Positions 1 through 12,849 of a stretch of DNA of 32,130 nt are shown here, in pieces. A program made the translations under genes and the position numbers. This DNA comes from Octopus bimaculoides (taxonomy: Eukaryota): the NCBI RefSeq assembly GCF_001194135.2, contig NC_068983.1, positions 109,447,066 to 109,479,195 of the forward strand, written 5' to 3'. The notes under the pieces are model-generated. The model saw only the letters and a program-made list of their open reading frames with translations. It had not been told where the DNA came from and searched no databases. Every line of letters starts with the position of its first letter. The stretch's first letter is position 1.

Positions 1-153
1 GCTGCAGATCGAGGTGAGAGGGATAACTTCCCTTGGCAAACAGGACACAGTCGTGTGTCGATAAGCCAGCTGGAGGAGATGTCCTCCTGGGGCTAAAAGC
101 AACAGTAACATCCACCCCTAGGGGTCAGCCACACTTAAGTGGCAATATACTAC

Positions 154-184
<31 letters not shown>

Positions 185-970
185 TCTTCTGTCTCCTGTT
201 TCTGAAAAAGAGCTTTGCTCGAAACGTAGAAAGCCCTTTCTTTCTTTCTTTCTTTCTTTCCCTGAGCATCTTACTAATACTTTGCATGTACCATGTCTTT
301 TTTGTCGTTTTTCTCCATTCTTGATTAATTATACATATATGCATATATATACACATAAATATTAACAGCCATAAGGCATGTATTTTTATGAAAAATCGCA
401 TACACAATTTACATGATGTTATCAGTTCATATTTTTACAGCTAGTTTGGATGGTCAATGATTAGCCGATATAACAGTGCATATTATGTACTTACAATATT
501 GACTCAATATTGCACCTATTTATATAATAAACACTGTTATGTCAACAAGCCATCAAACAATTGAAGCAATGGTAAAGACTTGAACAGATTACATCATGTA
601 AACTGTATACATCACTTTCATATAAATATATTCCTCATACCTCTTGTCATTCCCATCTTCATAATTTTTCTAGCAGACTTTCCTACCTCTGGACTATTTC
701 ACTCCAATGAAGAAGTTGGAGTTGATACTGATCTCTCTCAGCACTTTTTGGTGTCTATCTACACCACACTTTAAATATCATTTTACTACTCACTATTTAT
801 GCATACGTACATACATACATACATACATACATGCGTACATACATATATGCACACATACATATGTATAGAAAACAAAGTGAAATGCAATGGGAAAATTTAA
901 AATATCCATATTGGTGCACTGAGATTTTATAAATGTACTTATCATACTGCCTTCTTTAAACTAATTTCAA

Positions 971-1369
971 GGTGCAGGAGTGGCTGTATGGTAAGTAGCT
1001 TGCTTACCAACCACATGGTTCTGGGTTCAGTCCCACTGCGTGGCACCTTGGTCAAGTGTCTTCTACTATAGCCTTGGGCCAACCAAAGCCATGTGAGTGG
1101 ATTTGGCAGACGGAAACTGAAAGAAGCCCGTCGTATATATGTATGTGTGTGTATGCTTGTGTGTCTGTATTTGCCCCCCCAACTTTGCTTGACAAACGAT
1201 GCTGGTGTGTTTACGTCCCCGTAACTTAATGGTTCAGCAAAAAGAGACCGATAGAATAAGTATTAGGCTTACAAAGAATAAGTCCTGGGGTCGATTTGCT
1301 CAACTAAAAGGTGGTGCCCCCACATGGCCGCAGTCAAATGACTGAAACAAGTAAAAGAGTAAAAGAGTA
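971..1369 (+). mobile_element. tRNA-derived SINE, family A, near full length
   Basis: A-box-like TGGCTGTATGG (981-991) and B-box-like GGTTCAGTCCC (1024-1034). Body GGCACCTTGGTCAAGTGTCTTCTACTATAGCC, internal (TG)-rich spacer, tail CATGGCCGCAGTCAAATGACTGAAACAAGTAAAAGAGTAAAAGAG. The same blocks recur at 10345-10750, 22890-23280, 29362-29515 and 30117-30205. Confidence 0.9.
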
Positions 1370-1650
1370 TCTAATATGTTTATTTCATTGAAATATTATT
1401 CAGATATACAAGTGACAATTGTATAATGGATAAAAACATTGAACATTATGAGTTCTATGGAGAAAAGAGAATCTTGACTGCAATGACATTCTTAATTTTG
1501 ATAACTGCTCTTTTCATTTTTTATTTGCCCCAGCCCAAAGGCTGCACTGCTGAGGTACATTTTTATTTGATTTGAATTGAACCATGATATTCTTAAATCG
1601 GAGACTCTTTGCATCTACCTTTGAATATTTGTGTTGGAGATGTGATTTTT

Positions 1651-1789
1651 AAGTTAGGAAGGGCATCCAGCCATAGAAACCATGCCAAAACAGACATGAA
1701 GTCTTAACAGCCCTTTAGGTGGTCAGCTCCTGTCAAACTGTCCAATCCATGCCAGCATGGAAAATAGACGTTAAATGATGATGAGAATG
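1651..1789 (+). mobile_element. SINE family B, 3' part
   Basis: TTAGGAAGGGCATCCAGC ... CCATGCCAGCATGGAAAATAGACGTTAAATGATGATG; same blocks at 3720, 13581 and 26885. Confidence 0.85.
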
Positions 1790-1836
1790 AAGGTTAGGGA
1801 CACAAAACATTTATCATTCAATATGGNNNNNNNNNN

Positions 1837-1886
<50 letters not shown>

Positions 1887-3719
1887 TGTGCACTACACAA
1901 AAGTATAAAAACAATTGTAATGCTTCTTGAAAATTAGTTTATTTTATGAAAAACAAGCATCATTAATCTCACATAAAAAAGGTACTGGGCAATGATTTAC
2001 TGTGACGCAAAAGAATAACATAATAAATTAGCTATAATTTCAGACCATTTAAATAAAATGTCATTAATTGTTTAGGCAGCTTCTGGATCAATAAAAAATG
2101 GTAGGTGAATTAAAAACAATATATGTTCTTGGAATTCTTTAAAAATGGATAAGTTATAAGGTCCTAAACCAGTCTAATCAATACCAGGTGTGGAACAAAC
2201 AGCAACATAGTATAAAATATAACAAGAAATTTAGGAAAAATTATTATTATTGTTAATCTCAAGCGAATAAGGAAATTTCCTTCCATTCAAAAGTAGAATG
2301 AATTATTCATTTATCAGTAGTTGGATACAATGTGATATAACTACATGAGCTAGAAAGGCTGAAGATTTCTTAGGAGTTAAGAAATTAGTATAATGCACTA
2401 CTAGATGCTTATCTGAATATGAGCTACAGTTTGAATTTGAAACTGGCTTGATATTTGACATGTATTGTTCTAGTTTTCATACAGATGTAATTATTTGGTT
2501 TATTGTAAACTGAATATATTATTTTATTGAATGATTATGAATTAATGAAGTCTTGAAATGGAGACTTTAAATTTTATATAAAAGAAAGTTTGGTTAAATT
2601 GCAATCAAGGAGCTAAGTGAAGTGAAAAAAAATGCAACTTTGATAGACCGTAGACAAAACTAATATAAAATAGTTTGCAAACATCAAATATGGAAATATA
2701 TGTTCATTAACTGAAAATGTTATTAGTTCTATTACTTTTAATATTATTTAAGGATTATATTTACTTTAAATGAAAAGAAATAGAAGAGTTATAAAAAGTC
2801 ATTTCATTTTATGCATCACTGCAGTGAATTAAAATAAATAAATTAATCTCTCATATGAGCCCAAAATAACAATTAATAAATGAAAATTATAAATTGTTGC
2901 TACATAAAAGATAGATTCTACTTCATTGCATTGGAATGATTTTAAAAAATATTGATGATTACCAGTACTTTAGGGGCTATTTATAATCAGATTACACTTT
3001 GGCTTATTTTAAATTATTCCAATAACAAAGTGATTGCCTGATGAAATGAATTTACTTTATTTGAAGAAACTTCTTTACTTGATTTAATTAAGCTTTAAAA
3101 TAAATTGAAGCTAGAAATTTAATGATTACTATAGTTTTCTCTCTAATTAGACATTTAAGATGCATTATTGAAAAGACTTAACTTGCAATCAGTTAACACA
3201 CAGCAAATTACTGTTTCAATTAAAGTTGAAAATAGTTTTCTGTGGCATTGATTTAAGTATGAGTAAAACAATTTTTTTCTTGATTTATCTGAATTATTAG
3301 TATGTAAGTAATACTTTTGAAATAAACATTTTCATGGTAACACTTTAATATACTCTCAAAATGCCTCCTTAAAATAAGAATAATGTGTAAGTTTATCATC
3401 CGTAGCATAATCCCTTAAGTTTATGTTGATGTGAACAAGCATCCTGAGATCTGACATCACATCTCATAGCCTCTTTTCTTTTTTCTTTTCTTTTCTGTTT
3501 TGCTTGAGAGCAAGACAGGAATAATAATGGCAGTAGTGGTGAGGTTGAGGTGGGGGTTGGGGTGATGAAGATATTGAAAAAGAAGAAAAAGGAAAATAGT
3601 ACAACATTTTATGTGAATTAATATACTCCTTACTCTCAAAAAGAAACACATTTGTTCTACATAGGTACAAATCTGACCTCAGACCTCCAAAACAAGAGGA
3701 ATGATTATTTGCGATTATG

Positions 3720-3878
3720 TGGAGTGGTTAGCGTTAGGAAGGGCATCCAGCTGTATAAACACTGCTAGATCAGATTGGGGCTTGGTGTAGCCTCCTGGCT
3801 TCCCAGACCCCAGTCGAACCGTCCAACCCATGCCAGCATGGAAAATGGATGTAAAACAATGATGATGATGATGATGAT
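3720..3878 (+). mobile_element. SINE family B, 3' part
   Basis: GGAGTGGTTAGCGTTAGGAAGGGCATCCAGCTGTA ... ACCCATGCCAGCATGGAAAATGGATGTAAAAC followed by a (GAT)n tail. Confidence 0.88.
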
Positions 3879-4229
3879 ATAAATATATATGCGTGTGTGT
3901 GTGTGTGTGTGTAGTTAATGCTCATTAATATTGGTTTAAAAAATCACTCACAGTCATTTGGATGGAAAACAAGTGTTTTTATCAAATATTAGATATAACT
4001 GTATCATTTGAAAAGTGAAAAAGAAATCAGATTTTCTCAAATAAGATCACACAAATTAGTATTAATAATCATAGAAGGCTGTTGAGTAGAAGACACCACC
4101 AAACTGAAGAAAATACCTGATAAATATAAGAAAAAGATAACATTTGAAATGCTAATATACTTTAATTTTTCCAGCCAGACGTTGTGACCATGCTGGAACA
4201 CTATTATTGTGGTATTTTTTTTAACATGT

Positions 4230-6560
4230 TTTATTAATTTCCACAGCCCTCTCTACATGTTTGGTATTGGTGAATGAGGGAGTTGGACATTACCAAACAC
4301 GTTTGTGTTTCCTACAGTGATGTTGGTTCACAAGATATCTTAGATAAAAATTCATGTAAATGTTTTGTAATACACCCACATGTATGAACCTTTAAGGTTT
4401 TATAAGTAAGCTGTGGCTTCTGACCCTGAAGCTGGTATGATATTGGTCTTACTCTAGATGGTAATGTTAAAATATGTGGCATTATGCAGCAGCATCTAGT
4501 TCAGGGGTTGGTATAGTTTTTAATTGCAAATCTAGGTGCTAAACCCTCCAGAACCTTACACACACACACACACACACACACATATTTCACTGCATATATT
4601 TTTGGCCTGACTTTAAGGAGAAATGCTTCACTTCTTTTAGCTTTTACCAATAGCTCATCTGTTGCGCTGAAGCAATTTTCTTGATGTAGAAATATTAGAT
4701 TGATCAAGATCTGCTGTTAGCTTGATGCTAGGTGGCAACCATAATTGGGAATGATATTCCAGATTACTGAGAAAAAAGTGTTCTCCACAGAAGATACATT
4801 ATTTCCTCTGCTTTTCATTTTGAATGATCTCAGAATCTAACCAGCCAATTACCTGCACATTGTTGCAATTGTAGAAATATGCACATGAAACAACACACCA
4901 TTTCATATGTTATTACAAATACCACATCAAATGAGACTCCAGGATTGCAAACCCCATAGACCAGTGCTTACTTATTACAGTCTATTTGTGGATTGATAGT
5001 AAAGTGATTGGGATTTTTCAGCATGGAACTGTGTACTGTGTTGGTTCAACCCACTTGTATATTGCATTTAGGTCTTGCTGTAATTTTGTCTTATCATCAA
5101 GGTACTTGATTACAAATGATACTTCAGCAAGCATAGCTGGTGGTATCATCAGCATAGCTGGTGAGAGTGGATTACTGTACAACTGTGGATATGTCTGAGA
5201 GAGCCACCATAAACAGTGGTGGTCCCAGTTCTGGTACCTAAAAGATTGATACATTCTGTTATCAACTTTATAGAAGGCTCTAGTTAATTCGAGATATATC
5301 AAATTCACATTTAAATGGTTCAGTTGCTGTTTCAGTACCCAGCCATAATACTATAATAGCTGTATGAGGCAACTTCTTCCTGAACAAAAGCCCTACTGCA
5401 TGTAAGTGAGCAAGCCATTTATTTCTAGGAATATGAACAGCTTCTTTCTGACAATATATACTCAGCTTCCCTGTTATAGACAGGGTATATTAAACCTTCT
5501 TTTGAGTCTTAAGAAAATTACTACATGCGAGGAAGCTCTGGAAAATGTATCTACAGTGGTTTTACCAGATATTTTTTGTATATCTTTAAAAGAATCACTG
5601 GCTAAAAATTGAGGCTTTTTTGCTGAGTTTGAGCTCATCTCATCAATGCCAAATATTACACCCCACTCTCTTATGATGATGCAATTGATGGTTGCCTCCT
5701 AGATATGCTGAAGAACTCATTAAACTTTTCTATTTGCATTTTTTTCATGTGGCTTACTTCTCTCTCATTTTCATCGAAAAGTCTGAGTTTGTTTTTAATC
5801 TTTGAAAGTGCTTTTTTTTTTTTTTAAATGAGATTCCTTGCTGTTTTGAAGTTGTTTATTTAAGCAATTTATGATCTTAATTCTCCATCTCGTAAGAACT
5901 TACCAATCTCTAGGAATAGCGTTTTGGTGTGTAATTTTTTTTCTTTTTTGGCATAAATTTAATGCATATGGTTTGCTTTATTGACAATAATTCTTCAAGT
6001 TTCACATCAATGTCTTGTATGGAGAAACTTAAGGGCTAATTTTATTTCTGGACTTCTTTCCAGACCAATTTCTAGTCAGCTTTGTAGAAATTTAGGCTGG
6101 ATAGAATTTGGGCCTTTCCTGGTTGGTATATGTCTTTGGCCTATTTTAGGCCACACCACATTAGTTTTATTGGGTTATAGACTGAGAAAATTGTTGGTGT
6201 CATCTTCACAAAGTGGATCATATTATTTGTGAAGTTGAGATCCAAGATATTGTTGCTCCTGGATAAGTACAATATTATTGCTTTGATAAATAGTATTTTG
6301 GTGAGATAAAGTGAAGATTCTGTCTGTCTTTGATCATGATGTGAAAGTCCTGAGATTAGGTTGCCTTAAGACCATTTGATGTTAGGAAAGTTGAAGTTGC
6401 TTAAATGAAGTACATTGATGCATTGATCTAGTTTTGATCATACTGCTTATATTATTCAAAAGCTGTTTATAAATTTGCCATCAGAATTTAAGGTGTCAAG
6501 TGGATGATATAAGCCACATATTAGCACATCAAGCACATCATATGTGCTAGTAATGTGTCA
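4230..6560 (-). mobile_element. Degenerate CR1/L2-type LINE ORF2 (APE endonuclease end, reverse transcriptase, C-terminus)
   Basis: Minus-strand translation with stops and frameshifts gives APE motifs NFNFPNIKW and RSNNILDLNFTNN. RT motifs: Q*GFCSGRSCLIQLL, VNLIYLELTRAFYKVD (cf. DVIYLDFAKAFDKV) and LGPPLFMVALSD...TSYADDT (YADD at 5145-5156). The C-terminus LWRTLFLSNLEYHSQLW...YAVKY/KVLEGLAP matches the + copy at 31608. Confidence 0.9.
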
Positions 6561-7089
6561 CATGCTAAGTGTGAATATGCCTGCATTAAATATAGTCAGC
6601 ATTAACAACCTTTGCATTTAAGTTTTAAACATGAAGAGCTGCTGAGATTAGCTATAAACAACCTCTGGAACTGAGATTATAGGAGTTGTGGAGCGTATTT
6701 TATTTAAATAAATGTGTATTAGGTTAACTGCGAAAAAGACGAAGGAAAGAAATTGTTTACCTTTTTCTATTTAAACATACATTTGTCAATATTAAGTGAT
6801 TATAACATTTCAGGAACCTCATTTACTGAATTTAATGAAGTATTAAATTAAATGATTTTAAAGATACATGACTACAAATTAAATTACTATTTTTAGTAAA
6901 ATATTATTAGTTAAACTTTTTGTGATATTTACTTTTCATGATATTCCTTATGAAAAAAATAGAAAAAAATTAAAATTAAAATATTTTAATTAACTTCCAA
7001 GTGCACAGGAGTAATTTTCATATAAGAATCAAATTAAATATGTGATAAATTTCAATTTTTCTGTGCATCCAAGGATAAATATTAAAATA

Positions 7090-7137
7090 AATGTGTGTGT
7101 GTGTATGTGTGTGAATACATGCATATGTACACCCATT

Positions 7138-7212
<75 letters not shown>

Positions 7213-7275
7213 ATATATACATTCACACACACACACATTTACATACATGTATATGTACATATTGCTATACATATA

Positions 7276-7309
<34 letters not shown>

Positions 7310-7345
7310 CAAATGTATATATATATGTACACACACGCACATACA
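7090..7345. repeat. Compound (TG)n/(CA)n/(TA)n microsatellite
   Basis: Directly visible; it generates the spurious YIYI/HTHT/VCVC ORFs at 7018-7356. Confidence 0.95.
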
Positions 7346-7879
7346 CTAATAAGTAATTGAAATCCTTCATTGCATGGATTTTGTTTGCTTTCAAAGTATT
7401 ACAGGTAATATTTATAAGGGAGCTAATTCTAGTTAGCTAAAAATATGTATCTTGTAATATTCTGTAAGTTTAAATAAACTAATTGATTTTTAAAGATAAA
7501 ACAATGGTAGATAAAGTGAAAAGGAGATTCACTTCAGAGATTGAAGGGGTCTAGTAAATTGAAAATAGTTACTTATCAGACCATTTATATGCGAATATAT
7601 TTGGTACTGAATTTTCCATTTCCATGTTTCATGACTAATTGACCTAGTATTATAAAAGTTAGAAAATTAGACCATCAATCCAATGAGAGAGACTCTATGT
7701 GTTCCTGTGACTTGCTAAAAATATTAACCAAATACTTCACTCACTACACCCTAAAGCATTTAAAAAAAGCTAAGACACTTTGCATAATGACGGGGTATGA
7801 TTTTCTTTAAACATAAGTTTGTTCAATCAAGGATGACTATGTTTGAAACAAAACAACTTCATCTCTAATTAGCACCTGA

Positions 7880-8750
7880 ACCATACAAAAAGATTTTCTA
7901 TGAACATTCCCAAACTAGAACATTGATCTAAGACCTGAATAGGTGCTACTATACACACACAAATATTTTAAGCAACACCCTTAAAAATGGTTATCCAGCT
8001 GATTGGCATTTACCAGTCCATAGCTGGTTGTTCTATCTATCCCTTCTACCACATATGCAACAGCTTCTGCTAGTCTGCGCTAGTAAATTATAAACTACAA
8101 CTTCTATGGCTCAGCGAATGCTACTGCCCTTCTTTATCTTCAAGTACTTCACTAAATGTATTGTTCAATCTGTCATTTCTTAAACTGCAATCAACTATCA
8201 TCGAAACTATTTCTTTTCCTTGGAAGAACTCTTGAAGGCATTATGCAAGAAAAGTTGAAGATAAATGTGAACAGCATTTATCTCATCAGACTAAATGATA
8301 AAGCAGTTTGAGTATATTATATTACGTAGAGAATAGATTTAATAGTGCACACTATTTAATAAGGTGCACCTACGACCTACTATGTACACAACATTCACTC
8401 AATCGAAAATCAACTCTTTAATATCATCAGTCACTCTTGCAAAAAACAATTCACCAACCAACTGCGTATAAACAAACTATACCCTGCTTCTGCCTACGAT
8501 GTCAAAACTGCAAAAATGTATAAACCTCTGACCATGTTACTGTGTCTAAACTACTCTGAATCAGACTCACTACACTTCATTCTACTCAACTAATTTCGTT
8601 ACCATCTGAATTATTATGTCCAGAGTAAATATTTCCTTTAACTAACCCTTCTCTAAGAACTATATGATTGTGGAACTCTATTCTTGCTCTGCTAGTTCAT
8701 AAACAATTAATCTGCCTGAATTAAAATGGAAATGATATAGGTTACTACCC
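7880..8750 (+). mobile_element. Possible highly decayed CR1/L2-like LINE 3' region
   Basis: Only weak motif similarity, e.g. LRTI*LWNSI near 8655-8685 (cf. FPRTIRLWNSLP); locally higher complexity than flanks. Confidence 0.3.
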
Positions 8751-10344
8751 AGTTAGATTTATTTTCCAAAGTATTACAGTTTCAGTATGAAAAATTCATT
8801 GAGAGTTCAGTGAGAGTATAAATTTTTTTGAAAAAGCTGAACATAAAAATGGCGATAACAAAGTTACAAAACACCTTATTTGGTGAGATATAATCAATTA
8901 AAATACTTGAAGCGGGTGTCCTATCATGGCTATGATGCAATAACAGAAACCATTTTAGAAACAGCAGTGTGATTAAGAAGTTCATTTTCCAACCATATGG
9001 TTTCAAGTTTAGGTATGTTTTAAAAATTCATCCAATCACTTCAATTGTTACAAATTTTCACCAGATGTTTCCCAAAATTTCTAAACTGATGTAGTTTTGC
9101 ATACTGGTGATAAAAATTACATTAAGTTTTCCTAGGAAATTAATAATAAAACAGTTATAAGCATTTAAAATTATATAATTTTGATCAATGGGAATCCTCC
9201 AATGTTGATATACCAGAAGCTACAACTGTCTGTTTCCATGAGAATAATAAACTGCAGGAATGAGTTTATCAATTTGCAATGCAGGAACCCCATTCATTAG
9301 TTCATTCCCTTGAATATTTGGAAAAAGAATCTCTGAGTAGTGTTCAGTGAGTCTCATCTTTGAATAATGTTGTGTGGTGTGTGTGTGTGTGTGTGTACAT
9401 ACACATGGATGTACATGTGTGTGTGTGTGTGCGTACTTGTGTGTATGCTATACATATATGCACATATGTGTGTAGTATAATATCTACATTATTATTATTA
9501 TTTTGATCTCATAATCCTCAATTTCACCAGTTGTGTATTGATTTTTCATAGTTTGCGTTTTGGCATATGAGAAATACACTTTTGCAGATGTTGACCAATC
9601 ACAAACTGTCAAAAAGCACAACTAAATCGTAAGGTACATGCATACCCTGGCCTGATCCAAAAAATTCACCATGCTGTTTATATATATTAGAAAGTTGTAT
9701 CTCCTCAGACCGTTTGTCTTTTTTTTTGTTTTTGACAATTTGACAATAACATACAGATCGGTTTTATGATAACTAACAACCTCTAACTTTTAAGAATTAA
9801 CCACCAACTGTAGCTCATGAGACCTTGAGTTCAGGATACAGCTTTACTACTATTGATTACAATCCAGCAGCAAATAATCTCATTCATTCAACTTATTTGG
9901 AGCTGTGCATAACATGCCTTATCATGACACCATTTAACAACAAACCAATCTTATAAAAATTTCCTCAGTGTTTTCATTTTTGTTCTCTCTGTTCTACTGA
10001 ACTCAAATAAGATGGAGACAATAGCTTCTCATCATGTCGTCTGCTCTTGACATGGTGGAAACAATTGCATTTTTGATATTCTCATTGTTCAGAACATATA
10101 CAGCGTTCTATGCACACACAAGTTCTGTTCTTGACATACTAGAAACAATCATTCGTTTGAATGTTCTCTTTGTGTGTGCTCATGTATGTGAGTTCATGAG
10201 TGTGAGCTCATGTGTGTGTGTGTGCGTACATTCACACTCACACATATATATACATATATATTATGCATGTATACACAAGAACTTCTACATACATATACAC
10301 AAATACATATATATATGTATGTTTCTTTTCTTTTTCCTTTATAC

Positions 10345-10546
10345 TTTTTTAATTGTTTCAGACATTGAATTTTGGCCATGCTGAGGAACTACTTTCAGTA
10401 CTTTTATTTCTTTAAGCCTGGTACTTATTCTATCTGTCTCTTAAACTGAGCTGCTAAGTTACAGGGAGATGAACAAACAAACACTGATTGTCAAGCGTCA
10501 GGCGAGCCAAACAAAACCAATGACACACACAAATATATACACATAA

Positions 10547-10587
<41 letters not shown>

Positions 10588-10750
10588 GCTTCCCTCAGTT
10601 TGTGTTCACCAATTCCACTCACAAGGCTTTGGTCAGCACAGGGATATAGTAGAAGACATTTGTTCAAGATGCCACATTCTTAGACTGNNNNNNNNNNACT
10701 GAACTCAAAAACTATGTGGTTGAGAAGCTGAGATGCAACCTTCTTGCCAC
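10345..10750 (-). mobile_element. SINE family A, diverged, with internal (TA)n and a 10-N gap
   Basis: Reverse complements of family A blocks: GGCCATGCTG, AAGCCTGGTACTTATTCTATC, CCACTCACAAGGCTTTGGTC, ATAGTAGAAGACATTTG, ACTGAACTC. Confidence 0.85.
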
Positions 10751-10776
10751 ATGCATATATATGTAGATACACATAT

Positions 10777-10844
<68 letters not shown>

Positions 10845-10846
<2 letters not shown>

Positions 10847-11748
10847 CATTATCTATCTATGTAAACACAGTTTTGTCTTCTGCACTCTGTTTAAAAACAA
10901 AAAGACTAAGATCCCTTCACTCGATCCAACTCTCCTTCTCTTTCATGCTCCTTTATTATCGTCACTTATTCATTAATTTATCTAATTTTGTCACAGTTGG
11001 CTGAACGAAAACTCTTGGTTATAGCTCTAGTTAAGAATTTCAAATGCCTAATTCTATCTCATTATTATCATAAAATTCTCTCACACTGACAGCCTGAGTT
11101 TTTGCTATTTCCCGGCAATGTTAAATCCGTTCGTTAAATTATGTTACCCTAAATTCCAAAATTCTGTCTCCGCATGTTCTATCTTTGACCAGCCTAACTC
11201 TGGTCTGTCTCTCTCTTTCTCTCTGTTTCGATAACCACTTGCTTCTCCCAACACATTACCTCCTCTCCCCCCACCTCACCCACTCTATATAAACTAGCTC
11301 ATTCAGATTTCCCTATCGCATTTTAACACCTCACCAAAAGGAGTAAAAAATCAGATGTTCAGATAAGCAATCTTGTTTTTCAACCTAGTATGTCTAAACC
11401 TCTCTTTTTTCAGTGCAGATCATAATTACCTTATTAGTTCATTTCATTATTCTACCTGTTTCATTATCTGTCTATGTAAATACAATTTCATCTTCCACGC
11501 TGTATGTTTAAAAACAAAAAAACTTAAGTTCCCTTCGCTCGATCCAACTCTCCCTCGTTCTCCCTCGTTCTCCCTCTCTTTCACGCTCATTTATTATCAC
11601 CGCTTATTCATTCATTTAACTAATTTTGTCACAGTTTGGCTGACCAAAAACTCTTGGTTATAGCTCTAGTTAAGAATTTCAAATGCCTAAATCTCATTAT
11701 TATCATAATATTTTCTCACACCGGAAGCCTGAGTTTTTGCTGTTTCAC
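10845..11748. repeat. Direct repeat of ~285 bp (10845-11125 and 11460-11748) with ~615-bp period
   Basis: Shared blocks TTCATTATCT.TCTATGTAAA, CTCGATCCAACTCTCC, CTAATTTTGTCACAGTT, AAAACTCTTGGTTATAGCTCTAGTTAAGAATTTCAAATGCCTAA and GCCTGAGTTTTT. Confidence 0.9.
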
Positions 11749-12101
11749 AGTGTGACCACCCTTCCCACTCCACCACCTGTACTGGAAGTTTCTATCCTCT
11801 GATCTCTATTGGAGGTCTCTCCCATGAACACTTCTAAAGGCTTACTTAATGTTCCTCCATCACTACTTAGGGTTTATCTCCTATGTAATGTAGTGATTAT
11901 GTAGTGCATAAAAATGATGGTGTATGCAGGATGAAGGTTATTGTATGTTCATGAGTTTTGCCAAATGCGACCTTTCTTTTCAGGGTTGGCACACTTGATG
12001 TTGGCACATTGAAAGGTAGATCTGGAAAGCAGATGTTGAACGACGATGATGACGATGATGATGTGTGTGTGTATATATACATATATTTATAAAAATATAT
12101 G

Positions 12102-12169
<68 letters not shown>

Positions 12170-12358
12170 ATTAATATAAACAGCAGTTTGCAATGTTTTA
12201 CCAAAAAGGAGAATTACAAATGCCTTTAAATGTGACTAGGGTATTAGAAAACACCAACATGGCTAGAAATAAGAGCTAAACTCCTCTAATGCTGTAGTTA
12301 ATGCATATGAATGAAAATACGTACACTAACAGGGACCATAATCATCCGGAAAGTGCCG

Positions 12359-12414
12359 ATCAAGAATTCTTAATACTGACACATCAGTTTCGCCATTTTC
12401 TGTTGCCTCATCAG
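12359..12414 (-). ncRNA. Type I hammerhead ribozyme, 5' helix I strand missing
   Basis: Minus strand: CUGAUGA (12414-12408), GGCAACAGAAAAUGGC (helix II partly eroded), GAAA, CUGA-ugug-UCAG (helix III), UA, cleavage between 12374 and 12373, then UUAAGA-AUU-CUUGAU. Confidence 0.75.
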
Positions 12415-12471
12415 TAGGTGCTTCCTAACATCCTAGTCACATTTAGTGACATTTAAATTCTTCTTTTTCAT

Positions 12472-12503
12472 GAACTGACACGTCAGAATTAAGAATTCTC
12501 GAT
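12472..12503 (+). ncRNA. Truncated, inactive hammerhead remnant (3' half only)
   Basis: GAA-CUGA-cacg-UCAG-AA-UUAAGA-AUU-CUCGAU. It lacks CUGAUGA and helix II, and the conserved U of NUH is replaced by A. Confidence 0.65.
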
Positions 12504-12778
12504 CAGCACTTATCGGATGATTATGGTCCCTGTTAGTGTATATATTTGTATTCATGTGCATTAGAGTAGTTTAGCTCTTATTTCTAGCAATGTAGGTGTT
12601 TCCTAACACCCTAGTCACATTTAGTGATACTTGTAATTCTTCTTCTTCATGAAACATTACAAACTGCTGTTTATATTATTATTATATATACACATTAGCA
12701 AATCGCTAAATCATCCAATTATTTGGATGATGAAAACATAAATACTAATGGCAAAGTCAGTCCAGAAAGAGCAGAAAA

Positions 12779-12849
12779 ATCAAGTTGTCGTAACTGATGA
12801 GGCAACAGAAATTGCTGAAACTGAAGTGTCAGTATTAAGAATTTGTGAC
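12779..12849 (+). ncRNA. Type I hammerhead ribozyme, complete core
   Basis: Helix I 5' strand AUCAAG-UUG-UCGUAA (12779-12793); CUGAUGA (12794-12800); helix II GGCAA-cagaaa-UUGCU (12801-12816); GAAA (12817-12820); helix III CUGA-agug-UCAG; UA with GUA cleavage triplet ending 12834; helix I 3' strand UUAAGA-AUU-UGUGAC. Confidence 0.85.

Noticed and set aside
3038-3072. CUGAUGA...GAAGAAAC in AT-rich DNA
   Set aside because: Spacing to GAAA is wrong, helix II is only A/U, and helices I and III are absent.
5145-5156. CTGATGA on the minus strand
   Set aside because: It is the YADD codons (GCT GAT GAT) of the LINE RT; no helix II or GAAA follows.
7018-7356. YIYI/HTHT/VCVC ORFs (also near 20730-21732, 10744, 11897, 26421)
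   Set aside because: Translations of microsatellites, not proteins.
8248-8290. Minus-strand CUGAUGA followed by a perfect 8-bp stem GAUAAAUG/CAUUUAUC
   Set aside because: The stem is followed by UUCAAC instead of GAAA, and no helix I forms; at most a dead remnant.
9142-9349. Reading frame interrupted by a single TGA (KLQE*VYQF), a possible UGA recoding or editing site
   Set aside because: No homology, SECIS or nearby complementary sequence was seen; frames of this length with one stop are expected by chance.
10034-10170. ~84-bp (28-aa) degenerate duplication SSALDMVETI/SSVLDILETI, the C2H2 zinc-finger period
   Set aside because: No Cys/His pattern or TGEKP linker was found in the frames read; the ORF continues into microsatellite; probably a local duplication.
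12699-12796. Apparent terminal exon QIAKSSNYLDDENINTNGKVSPERAEKSSCRN* with double TGA
   Set aside because: It lies inside the 346-nt repeat unit; the TGA TGA is the hammerhead core CUGAUGA and the upstream part forms RNA hairpins.
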